From the NCBI RefSeq assembly GCF_009834535.1, contig NC_045696.1:34474001-34538000 (forward strand): 64,000 nt of DNA. Direction: 5' to 3'. Position 1 is the stretch's first letter, and each line of letters starts with the position of its first letter. Origin of the DNA: Camelus ferus (lineage: Eukaryota). A model generated the notes under the pieces. It made no database searches. It was not told where the DNA came from and was given only the letters and a program-made list of their open reading frames with translations. The position numbers were made by a program, and so were the translations under genes. This document shows positions 39,930 to 51,299 of the stretch, piece by piece.

Positions 39930-42900
39930 TTCTGAAACAATTTTTGAAATTTATTTCTAAATGTCACAGAGACAAAACTTTTAAAGCAACACATTTATAC
40001 TAAGGATACATGCGTGAGCAAAAAAAAAAAAATAAGGGAATACAAAAATGAACATAGTAAAATTTTAATGAATACAATATTCCAGATACAAGTAGAATAC
40101 CAACAGGTAAGAACTGTTTTTACCTCAAGTCTATGATAGTGCGGATTGAGATAAACCAGGTTTAGGATAGTCCCTTCACTATTCACATTTTAATCAGTGC
40201 TGACTAGAAGCCAAAGCAACTTATTTTAGGCTGATTTTCAATGAAATTATAGAATCAGTCTTCTATTTAATAAATGTGTTTTAAGGTGAACTGTACTCAT
40301 TTAAAGGCAGCTGGGGCAATTCAGACCACTGAGAGCCCTTACAAAGATTTAAGCACCAAATGACAAATCGTTTGTGGCTTTCGTCTTGGGCCACCTTAAA
40401 TTTTATTTTGTTTAAATGTGTTTTCATTTACATACAAATTCCTTCAGGCAAAAGATTTTAACATGGAACTTTCTGCTTGGAGATCTTGCCAGCGGTTACT
40501 TACAATAGTTGTTAAAGCAATGAATACTTTAGAACAACCCCAAGGCCATACTTAATTGGTTACAATTATAAAATGCAGAACTTTTTAAGTATTCTGGTCC
40601 CTGAAAATTCAGTAGGGCCAAATGCATTAACTGGAAGTAGCATTTGTTAAAAAAAAAAGTCTTACTCAAAGATAATTAATAAAGCGACTATTTAGGCTCC
40701 AATACACAATCTTTCTAAATTTTCCCCCTGTAAGAAATGATTACAATGTCTTTCAGGCTTGCTATATGCTCCATAGAATCAAAAGAAACCAAGAAGGAAT
40801 TTGACATTTCAACAAGCTAGGAACTATTTACTGTAAGCATATAGTGAAATTCTGGAAGACATACTACCATACTTTGAAAAAACACTATTTAATAGGTAAG
40901 CATGTGTTGAAGGCAGTTTATAAATGAAACATTACAAATCTCATGTTTATGCATACAACTTATAAAATAGAAAAAAACTTGCTATTTTTCCAATAGTATA
41001 GCATCGCACTAACACTATATAGTTAAGATTGAAAGCTTCTGTACACACGTCCACTATGCTCCACAGCAGCATATGCCTCTTAGACATCTTCCTTTGTTAT
41101 CCAACGTATGCCAACCATGGTTTCACAGATTTGTACCAGTTTGAGCAGGCTACAACAATCATTCTGTCTTATCTATTTATCTGTGAAGTAAAGTTAACCA
41201 GTTTCAGGGAATGAACAGTTTCATAATCAGTAAAAAGCATGTTAAACCTCTGCAACAGGATGGAAAATGCTTCTAAGGACATGATACAATCCTAACAGGA
41301 GTATGGATTATGCCCCTAGATATGTGGGAAAAGTCGGGAGCCTGGAGAAATACATTAAGATATATGGGACCTAAATGATCATGAAATTAGTAATAACCAC
41401 TAGAAATTCAAATGTGAATTACTGCTATTTTTCTAAGTGCAGTGTCATCCAGTTTACTACTTATGACTACTCAAATCTGTCCTGCCACTACATGTTTGCT
41501 GTTAGTGCAAATCAATATCCAAATGTTAAGGAGCAGTCTGAATCATATGAGATATCTGAAAAAATTAGAATGATTGTATATTTATCTTTATATTCTAAAA
41601 ATAGTGCTGTAAAACTCAATTATTTTCCTAGCTTCTTAGGCCTTCTATCATCTTAGGTAATTCAAATTAAATATGGTTGCCTGCTAATTCTTTAGTAGAA
41701 GTAAAAACAAAGCACATTTTGGTTGTTTTGCTGCCAGTCTCCTCATGCCTGTTCTTTATCAATGAGAGCACTACTTTAGGCATTTATTGTGCTACTTGAA
41801 CATAACTGAACATGAGAAAAACCGGTAGTTCAAATTTTGACAAGTGATTTTTTTTTTTTTGGTGGCAGGCTTATTTAGAAATGAAAACAAACAAGCAAAA
41901 AACCCACATAAAATCTAAAATCAGATGGGTACTGTGACAACACAAACTAGGAACTTAAGTCTGTTAAAAAAGACTTAAGACACTGAAAGCTTTTTGAAAA
42001 ATATAAAACCTAATTGTTTTCTTATTCACTTTGGCTTTTTTTGAATTAAAATTTGTGGTAAAATGACCTCAAAGATTAACTCCCTCTAAGTCACATAGGG
42101 CATTATTCATCAGTGCTTTGTAACAGAAATATATTTTATAAATATTTTCAACTTGAATGTTTTGAAAGAATTTAAGATTCTTTTTTAAAGCTCTAGTCCA
42201 AGTTTCCAGCTGTTTAATTTTTAAAAAATATAATTCGGGTATCCAACAGAGAGGACCTAACTGAGCTAAGCTACTTTGATAACCTTACAGGACAGTGAGG
42301 TTCAGATGGAGATCATTTCCTGAACATGGTTGACCTTTAACAGAACTGATTATTTCCTCACCCAAACAGTTATGCAGGATACTGCCAGATCTCCATTACA
42401 AAAACCTTGCCAGTATTTCTAGACAATTGTTTACCATCCATGTTTAAAAACCTTGTACCACCAGAGGCAAAGTACATAAAAATGAAAGTAAGCAAACTTG
42501 TTTCTAGTCTATTTATCTAAACAAACTCTTATAAAATCATATGGAAAATTAATGCATAGAAAGTAATTTCCTTATTATCTGTCAGCCAAAAATTATTCTC
42601 TGTAAAAGTAGGAAACTCAATCATAAAATGTCTACCTGCTTAAATTAAAATGCCAATCTTGAAGTCTTTTTAACACCATGACATAAAAAATAAGTTTGCA
42701 AATTCAAGATGATACTTGAAATGAAAACTATGTTTCAAAAATGTATGTTTATCGTAAGAGACTAAAATCATGTCACTGCAAAATTCCCCATGGCTCTTGG
42801 CACTGACATTAAAAAAAAGATTTTAGTCTTTTGGTCACTTGAAGCTGCTACTAAATACAACAATAAGCCTTTAAAAAAAGGGGAAAAGACAGTGAGGAAC

Positions 42901-43489
42901 TGAAGGATAGTTAAGGTAACTACATCATGTATGAGTAAAGCATAGTCTGAAATAAACAGTCACTTTCTGCTACAAATAATGAAGATATAAGAACAGTTAC
43001 CCACCATCTCTTCCTTTTTGAGGATCCTCTAATCAGAAATAATTCCTTTAAGTTACTGTGAGTGGCGTTGCCTGGCAGCAGCTTCAATTTCCTAGGCTAG
43101 TCTTTAATCCAAGTAATGAAGTAATCTCACAAGGAATAATCATACGTGGCAACAGGGTAGGAAAGCAGGGCAGTTCTTCCATGCACAAACACTTCAGGAG
43201 AAAAACCATCAATTTGAAAGATAACCATCAGGTTTCAGGTATCCTAGCACACTCTAAACCCTAAGTTTTGCTTTACACCATTGGTGACTAAAATTAACAA
43301 TACATTTTGCAGTGAGGTTTTTTTTTTGTTGTTTTTTGTTGTTTTTGCCTGCAACTCTATATACATTGCAAAACTATTCTGCATCACATGATTTAAAATG
43401 AAATAAATATAAAAATGAACCACACAATCAACACATAACTTTAATACTCCACATTATTTATCTTGATCACAATGGTGGTAACCTCCTTG
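39930..43489 (-). other. CGGBP1: CGGBP1 3' UTR (about 3.5 kb, AT-rich, no recognisable repeats)
   Basis: Lies between the stop codon and the candidate distal poly(A) signal. Confidence 0.6.
39950..39955 (-). terminator. CGGBP1: Likely distal poly(A) signal of CGGBP1
   Basis: AATAAA on the minus strand followed about 30 nt later by GU-rich TGTTTTGTTTTGTG. Confidence 0.6.
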
Positions 43490-43993
43490 TCAACAATCTT
43501 GTGAGTTAAGGAGTTGATTCTCATTCTCATATCCATCAGGTAGATATGCTCTCCTCAGTTGGTCTGACTTGGGTATGGAGCCTCCATTCTTTACATGGCG
43601 AGACAGGAAAGCTCGGACTGCTGGGTGATCAGCCTTCTCAAGCGGGATGTTGGCTTCCAGGCACATTTTTACAAAGTCCTGGATAACACTGACTTTCTCT
43701 GTTTGCGCAGTACTGTTGCATTGGAGGGATGCAGTAAGAGGCCTCTGCTTCTTTCTCACATTCTGCTCTTCAAATTCTGCCTTCCTCTTGGTATGAGTCT
43801 TTGACTTGAGGTGGTCACTAATAGCAGACTTGCGAACGTGATTCAGAACCACATTGCAAGAAGTGCAGAAGAGTTTTCCTCCATCTTCGTGCAGCTCACC
43901 TCCAAACTCAGTGACTCGATCCAGGGGAGTCACATACAAAGCAGTCTTAGAACGGTTTCGAGCAGGTGGTGCTGTCACTACAAATCTTTCCAT
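43490..43993 (-). CDS. CGGBP1: CGG triplet repeat-binding protein 1 (167 aa; BED-type zinc finger)
   Basis: Intact ORF MERFVVTAPPARNRSKTALYVTPLDRVTEF...; C-x2-C (CTSC) and H-x5-H (HLKSKTH); basic RKKQR; single coding exon with splice acceptor ttctcttgtcttgaaag, exon starting at 44012. Confidence 0.98.
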   Translation of the reverse strand: MERFVVTAPPARNRSKTALYVTPLDRVTEFGGELHEDGGKLFCTSCNVVLNHVRKSAISDHLKSKTHTKRKAEFEEQNVRKKQRPLTASLQCNSTAQTEKVSVIQDFVKMCLEANIPLEKADHPAVRAFLSRHVKNGGSIPKSDQLRRAYLPDGYENENQLLNSQDC

Positions 43994-45236
43994 TCTGACT
44001 TTGAATAAGGTTCTTTCAAGACAAGAGAAACAAAGTGTTATAACAACACTTCATTTGGGAAGAAATTACCAATAAAAGGAAGACATAAGCATTTTTAGAA
44101 TAAAGGCTTCAGAAAACTTAATTCAAATGAAGAGACTGTGTGTCTACTAAGTCTTAACTTACCTGAAATATGTAAGGGTAGGCAAAATCAGAGCAAGTTA
44201 TTAGTAACAACTAGGTTCATTCCCTGATTTTGATGAAATTCAAATAAATTAGAACTATGAAAAAAGAGCTCCAACTCTCCTAGATGTCACTATTCTTTAG
44301 AAAAACCTAATCACAGATCAACATTTATGGTGTTAACTGTATTAATCTCATCCATTTAGACGTATGTTCAAGTTTAAAAGAGCTTCTTTCCCTTCACAGT
44401 TCTGGGGCAACTGATTTTAGGAACACAATTGCAGAGAATTGTGTACAACTGTTCAAATATGTGGCGACTAAAATGGCATAAATCTATATGCAGACGCATA
44501 TAATTTCCAAAGTTGTTCTGAGAAGAAAAGTAAAAACCAAGAAAGAACACAGACCAAATGCAAATAAAAGCAGCAACAATGACAATTCTTAAAATCAAAA
44601 TACGCAGCTCAAAGTAAGTCATTTTTGTAATGCATTCTTTCCAAAAGGTGACAGTCAAGATATGCAAAAGTGCCTAAAACTGTCTTCTTTCTTCCATTAA
44701 AGACTAATATTTACATTTATTAATATTTATTTCACTTATTAACTGATAAGTTAGATCAAAACTAAGAACTTAACATAGCACCTTGTATATCACAATTTCT
44801 TTATATGGAATAAGTAAATGATTTCTTCACTATTTTTCCAAACATTTAACTCAGAAGCAGCTTCATAATTTCTCGATTTATCCTAACAACAAATTTTTAT
44901 GATCATTGCCAAAATCATGTTATGGGAACTGCAAACTTGAGATAAAGAACAAACGTTGTCAGTGATGACCATTTGTTCCCTGGGGCCATGCCATTGTGCT
45001 AATCTCTTACATTAACCTAGGTTAAGAAACTGAAATGAGTTTCATAGAATTCAAATTGGAATTCTGTTCAGTTTACATACATTAGAGAAAAATTCCCAAG
45101 GGAGCTCTAAAGAGCAATGCTTTATAAGTGTAATCAGAAACGATGGAGTATTCCATTAGTCTAGACTAGAGAATTCATAGCTGGGTAACATGAAATATCT
45201 CTCAAAAGAATTTCAAATTGCCAATGTGTTAGTCAC

Positions 45237-45329
45237 CTGTGGACATAACCTCAACATTTCACAGAAATTCTGGAAAGTATGTTAAGTTAGATTTTAAGAA
45301 GTTTAACTCTATTTTTTTCCATTAAAAAT
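45237..45329 (-). other. CGGBP1: Candidate CGGBP1 5' UTR exon
   Basis: Good donor CAG|gtgact at 45237/45236; acceptor uncertain (gaacag at about 45330 or aatag at about 45415). Confidence 0.4.
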
Positions 45330-45720
45330 CTGTTCAATGCACGGCTCTCATGTACCAAATACATTATTTAGTCTATAGGTTTCCACTGGCATTTAAGACA
45401 GATATGACTCCTGCCTATTAAATAGTTAAATACCATCACACATATTTGTAGTTTAACTTAATGGTATGTTTTATAATCATATAGCAAATCAGTCCCAATT
45501 ATGATCAATGGTTGTAAGCTAGTTATGAAAACCATTACATATTTGTGTCCAGTGATGCCTAAATCTATGTGAAAAGTCTCGTCTTTAAATATTTGGATTT
45601 CAAACCCTAAAACAATGAAAAAGGTCGTTTTCCTTTTAAGCATAAACTGCTCACTTTGTACTAATATGAAAGGCCTATACATTCCAAAGTCTTGTAACTT
45701 TTAAAGTATATTTGCGTTAC

Positions 45721-45801
45721 CGCAAGGCAAATATCCACCCAATAGAGAATGCTCGAGTTTGCAGAACCGAAGAACAAAAGTGTTTTCCACATAAAGATAT
45801 C
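45721..45801 (-). other. CGGBP1: CGGBP1 5' UTR exon (81 nt, predicted)
   Basis: Acceptor cttcctcgtttag|GAT and donor GCG|gtaacg. Confidence 0.65.
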
Positions 45802-46709
45802 CTAAACGAGGAAGTTAAAAAGTTAAGAGCAGGGGGAAAAGATGGGAGAAGAAGCAAATCATTTACTAGATAAAAATAAAAGTCATCAGAAGTCTTCAAG
45901 TTTAAATGTTTACCGAATTAGTTTCCAGGTTTTTCCGTCTTGATACCTAGTAGTGAAGGGTCTCCAGCGCAAAACCAGAGACGCATGCAATCCTGGCACT
46001 TTCCGTTGGTTTAAACTCGGAGATGCCTTCAAATCAGTTTTTCAACAAGTGGTGGTGGGGAAATAGTTTCTGGGCTTGCACCCTATTTTCCCTGAGGTGC
46101 CGGGAAGTCATGCCTTTACTGTAAAACACGAAAAACAAATGGAAAGAAAAGATGGGGGAGGGGGAAGGGCGGATGGAAAACGAACACGAACGTCCACAAC
46201 AGTCAGCACGCAAGTGTCTTTAAAACCACTCTAGTTAAGTCCACACCACAAATCCGGATCCTTGCGTTTACCCAAACACTCCTCATCCTAGTCCCTTCTC
46301 GGTCGTTCGCCCCGCTCCGCACCTCCTCGCGTGCCCCAGGCCTCAGGGTTCGGGAGGAGGGAAAGGCGGGGCTCGAGGCGTTCCTGGCGTCTAGACTCCC
46401 TCCTCCCGCGCAGAGCCCAGCACGCCGGCGCCCCACCACCACTGCCCCGCTAGCTGGGCAGGGCCGAGTCCCAGCTGCCGGCTGTGGGCCCGGGAACTCG
46501 ACAGCCGAGTTGGCGGCAGTCTCAAGGGAGGAGGCGGCAGGCGCCCGGCGGAGGCGGCCGCTGTCAGGCTTCCCGTCTCCTCCCACTTCCTCCCGCCGAC
46601 TACGGCGCCCCGGCCCCGCCTCCGGTTCCCGCTTCGGGAACGAAGGCCCCGGGCCCAAAGCCCGCACCAACGGCCGGGCCCACCCTCGGCCTCTTTAGCT
46701 TCTCGGTAC

Positions 46710-46980
46710 CGTAGGATCGGGGCCGCCGCTAGGGGAAGTGGACGATACCCGGCCGGAAAGGAAAAGAGAAGGAAGAAAAGGAGGAGCAATGGGGTGAGGG
46801 AGGAGGAGGACCCGTCGTCTTCGTCTTCGCCGCCTCCGCCGCCGCCGCCGACCCCGCCGCCGCCGCCGCCCGATCGAGCCCAGCGGCGGCCGCCGTGTCC
46901 CCCGCCGCGCCCCGTCCTCCTGCGCCGCCTATGGCAGAGCTCGTAGGCGGTCCCCAGCAACCGCCGAGCAACATTGACCA
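46710..46980 (-). other. CGGBP1: CGGBP1 first exon (TSS approximate) containing a CGG repeat
   Basis: Donor ACG|gtaccg at 46710/46709; GC-rich; abuts the CCAAT promoter. Confidence 0.6.
46828..46871 (-). repeat. Interrupted CGG/GGC trinucleotide repeat
   Basis: Plus strand cgccgcctccgccgccgccgccgaccccgccgccgccgccgccc. Confidence 0.9.
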
Positions 46981-47110
46981 ACGGACCGCGGGTGTATCAA
47001 ACAGGCGGCTGATTTGACCAATGGTAGTGGAAGGGCGGGCATATGCGTGATTGGCGGCTAGAGTTGTCCAATGAAAATTGGGGGCGTGGGTGGGCGGAGC
47101 CGGAAGTAGA
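46980..47110. promoter_or_regulatory. Bidirectional TATA-less core promoter: NF-Y CCAAT boxes, Sp/KLF GC boxes, ETS/GABP site
   Basis: CCAAT 47018 and 47068; ATTGG 47050 and 47077; GGGCGG 47033 and 47092; CCGGAAGT 47100-47107. Confidence 0.75.
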
Positions 47111-47243
47111 GCCAGTCGCGAGGCCCCCGTCCGGCTCGGGCGGAGGGAAGGGGGAGGGAACTAGAGGAGGAGGAGGAGGTTAGCCGAGGCAGCTACAGCG
47201 GCGGCGGCGCAGGGGCTGGTACGCGCTGGGCGGCGAGAGCCTC

Positions 47244-47435
47244 ATGGCGGAGGAAGAGAGCGACCAAGAGGCCGAACGCCTCGGAGAAGAGCTCGTGGCC
47301 ATTGTGGAGTCCCCGCCAGGCCCTGCTGGGCTTAGAGCTGCGGACGACGGCAGAGGCGTCGCTGGGGGCGGCAGCTGTGGTGGCGGCGGCGGCGTCGGGA
47401 TCAGCAGTCGGGATTACTGCCGACGCTTCTGTCAG
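47244..47435 (+). CDS. ZNF654: ZNF654 coding exon 1 (64 codons, phase 0); remaining exons not found in the window
   Basis: MAEEESDQEAERLGEELVAIVESP...ISSRDYCRRFCQ followed by donor CAG|gtgagg; head-to-head with CGGBP1 as in human. Confidence 0.9.
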
Positions 47436-48489
47436 GTGAGGCGCCTGTCGGCCGCCCGGACTTGTCAGCCGGGTCCTGGGCCTCCCTACTTCTCCTGGCC
47501 GCCTCGACTTCGAATCTGGGCTGTGTCCATCGCTCGCTCCACCAGCCCAACAAGGAGAGTGAGGGTGAAGCTCCCCCCTCCACCTATCTGGCTTGGGGTG
47601 GGGGGCGGGGAGCGGGACGGGGTTGACCCGCTCAGGTTTAGGGTTGCTGAGAAAGTGAGTTTGTCGCGGGTGGAGGGGCTGGAGCGGAGGAGGGTCAGCT
47701 GGCAGGAAAGCTCTGTACTGACATGCCTCCCTTGCCCCATACAGACCCCTTTCTGCCCGAGGGTCCCGCCTTTCTTGTGTTTCCTACCCTGTTTCTTGTC
47801 ACCTCTTTCGGAATCTCTGGCAACGTTTCCTGCCTTCCCTTCTCCGCCCCTTGCCCCCTGTATTCTCCCCTTTTTCGGAGATGGGAGGCATGCCATCTCT
47901 CTACCGCCCCCTCTCCTGTCATCGCCACCCCTCCCCCTCTGCTAGGGTCTCCTGTCATTCCCTCACGAGATTCCGCTGGGTCAGTTCTTCTTTTGGCTTA
48001 GGCGCTGACCCATGGTGATTTAGTTACTTTTTTGGGAGGTGGGGTTAAGGCAGTGGGATTGTCATGTTTTCTTACCCTCTTTCCCTGACACACACAAGCT
48101 CTTTTCTAATTAACTGCTAATAGAGAAAGTAGTTTTCCTGAAACTATTGCTCCGGTTACATCACCACTCCCCACCCCCTTCCTTTAAATTACAATGTATT
48201 TTCTTTAGCCTGTAAAATACAGTGTCTGAACAGTGACAGTAAATTATTTTACTTGGTCGACTGCCACTGCGATTTGAGGTAGTTTATAGTGTTTGACCAT
48301 AATCAGATATTAAAGCACCGAAGTACTTGTCTAGGGGTAAAATTTATGTTATCTGCATTCATATCTGTGTATATTTATAGTTTAAAGATTTTGTTCTCAT
48401 TCACGACATTCTTAGTTTGCAAAGTATTTTGGAAAAAAAAAATTAACTGCTCCTTTTTCCACCCCATTCCTCCATTTATCATGTTGGAT

Positions 48490-48660
48490 GTATAGGGTTC
48501 AAATCATGGCTCCACTACTTATAGCTATGTTCTTTTGAACAAATTACTTAACCTTTTTGTGCCTTAGTTTCCTCTTCTGTCATATAGGCATAGTAATTAA
48601 GTTAGTGAGTATGTAAGGGATTTGAATTCTTTACACACTAATTAAAGTTAGCCATTAATT
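48490..48660 (+). mobile_element. MIR SINE
   Basis: gggttcaaatcatggctccactactt...gaacaaattacttaacctttttgtgccttagtttcctc core. Confidence 0.8.
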
Positions 48661-51299
48661 TCATTTTGGTAACAAGTAGGAAATAAAATTAACCAGAAGT
48701 TGGCATCGTGTTTGCTGAAATTTGATTTTATGTCCTTTCCAAGCATTGAAAGAAGAAGGGTGGGGTTGATATTTTCAGGTAGGTTTTTAATAACTAGTTT
48801 AAACTGTGTTTTGATTTCATCTGTCTTCCCTCAATAGATAAGTTGATTTGATGGTGGAAATTGTCTTGTTATAAAAGATATGTCAGTTTTCTTTGGCATT
48901 ACTCTCTTAGTGACTTTCTTGAAAAAATAATTTTTTTTTGATATTACATTCAGGATTTAGAGGTTCAGTGTCTTTACAGAGCTTGTCTTCTAACTGTTTT
49001 ACATCTAGAAACCATATTATCAGTAGACTTTGTATTTATAGGAATTTTAAGCTTCTGAAAAATTAAGTTACAATTGATCTTTTTAATATTTTCACAGGCA
49101 GAAAGTCTTTTTTATTTTTTTCTATGTTTGCTTTTTATAGCATTAATGAGCAAGTTGGTTTTGGTTACATTTAGCTTTGTTAATTTACTTGACAGATAAC
49201 CCTTAATTACTGTAGAATTTGAAATTTTATTTGAGAGCCAGAACATTTTTGGAGGACTTTTAACTACTCTTTAGTCTATTTCTTGAAGTCAACTTTAAGA
49301 ACAAATGAATAAATTTAGCTGGTGAAATACAGTATCAGAATAGTGACAGTAACTTATTTTAAGAACAAATGAAGTTGACTATTTTATAAAACTCCACTGC
49401 TTCCTAAAATATCCAGGAAAATAAAACTAAATAGGAACAACTTAAACTTTTATTTTATATTGCTAAATTATTAATGTTAAACTGACATACTTCCATGTTA
49501 CCAACTTTTACCTGAAACCTCATAAGATATTTTACAGTACTATAGATTACCAGTAGATCTGAGGGTTCCTGTCCTGGTTCCACCTTGCAGGTGAGCTTTG
49601 TGAAGTCTTTTTTTGTAATAAAACTTTAAGATGAAATAAAATGTTACATGTATTAAGTTGAACTTTATTGATTGATTAATAACATTCTAGTATAGTAGTT
49701 TTGTTTTGTTTGCCAGTAAGGGAAGCAGTGGATTATATAATCTAATTCTCAAAGATTGTTTCTTTTTAAACATTTGGTTTCCTACTATTCACTAAGAGAA
49801 ACTTATTTCATTAGTAAGTGACTTACTTTTGAGTAATCTGTAAAATGGATAATATGCACTTGGGTTGGTGACAGTTAACTAAATATACGAATAATACACA
49901 CAGCTTTGTGGGGTTGAGAAGAAAGGCTCCAATTTATCTTCCTCCTTTTAGAGAGAAATATGAATCAGAATTTCTTGGCAGTTGGTTGTGCGGGTGAAGG
50001 GAGAGGAAGGAACACTTCTTTTCAAGAACGGTTCTGTCTTTTACCACAAGGAAAAGTAAAACAGAAGACTCCAGATAATATAAGTGATAAATTATGCATG
50101 TGCTCAGTGCGTTTTATTGTATACTTTTCTATTTGAGAAACAATACCAGTAATTATTAAATCCCACACTAGGGGAATGGTTCCTTAGGCTACAACACAAT
50201 TTTGAGATGATGGATTTGGGAGATTAACAATGTTAATTACCAGTTAACATTGAATAATGTTAGACTGACTGCTCCATCATATCCTCTCTTCGCTCTTATT
50301 AGTAGACCTGCAACAAATGCTTAAATAGAATTGACCCTTAGCTAATATTTAATTGAGGGTGAAAGGAAGGGGAATGTAATTTTTATTGAGGGCCTACTAA
50401 CTCTTAAGGCCTTCGGATAGGCCTTGTTATGCAAGTAACATAGTTGAAATTGAGGCCTGAACAAGTTAACTTGTCAGATGAACAAGCTGGGATTTTGATC
50501 CCAGCCTTCAATTTCTACTAAAAGACAGATGGAAATTATAAATCTCAAATAATTGTAAAGTGATTTTTTTGTTTGTTTGGTCAAGTTGTACAGAAGAGAA
50601 AAAGTTACTGGAAGTACTCAGGGAATCATGTACGAAAAATTTAAAAAGTACTCTTGCATTATGCCACAGTGTAAAAAATACTTCAAGGAACAGTCAAGTA
50701 ATTATTATTTCTCTGACTTGTTAGGTGCTAAGAACATTTCCCCAGTTCCTGAGGGTTGTGATAATTCAACCTAATTTTGTTGCTAGATATATTGAAAATT
50801 GAAATTTTTTTTATCATAAATTGTAAATTAAGCAAGTAAAGATACCTTCTTCTTAGCTCAGAGCCAGAATGAATATAGTGCGTGATAACTATGTATTTCT
50901 GGGAGCACTTCGATATGTTGATTAAAATAGACTTTAAAGTTGTTTTTTATTGTGGTGGGGTTAATAGCCATCCCATGAGGATGTCATGAGTATAAAATGA
51001 GAGAATAAACATGAAGTGCTCAGTACTGTACCTAGCACATAGATAGGCTTAAATAGATAGATGCTATTAATATTTCTCTCATGTGAAATCCTCTGAAGGT
51101 TTAAGAGGGATGTTAGGGATACTCTAATCTGTAGGTCACTTATAGTTTGTATCCCTCAATAAACTGTAGAGATAATTTAGAAATGTTATAATTCTAAAAT
51201 TTTGTTATTTAACTAGGAAAGCCAAGTGTTGCTGACAGAGCATTAAATGATTTGCAAAAACAACCATATATATATGTATTTTTTCAAATTTTATTTCCT

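Larger units (their letters stand above)
46250..47900. promoter_or_regulatory. CpG island spanning the 5' ends of CGGBP1 and ZNF654
   Basis: Very high GC and CpG density compared with the flanks. Confidence 0.9.

Noticed and set aside
43595..44075. Plus-strand ORFs antisense to CGGBP1
   Set aside because: Shadow ORFs of the real CDS
46203..46714. Several overlapping ORFs in the CpG island (155, 76 and 62 aa)
   Set aside because: Expected from stop-poor GC-rich intronic DNA; no recognisable domains
47436..47945. Continuation of the 233-aa ORF beyond RFCQ
   Set aside because: Read-through into intron 1 past a canonical GT donor; GC-rich, low-complexity translation
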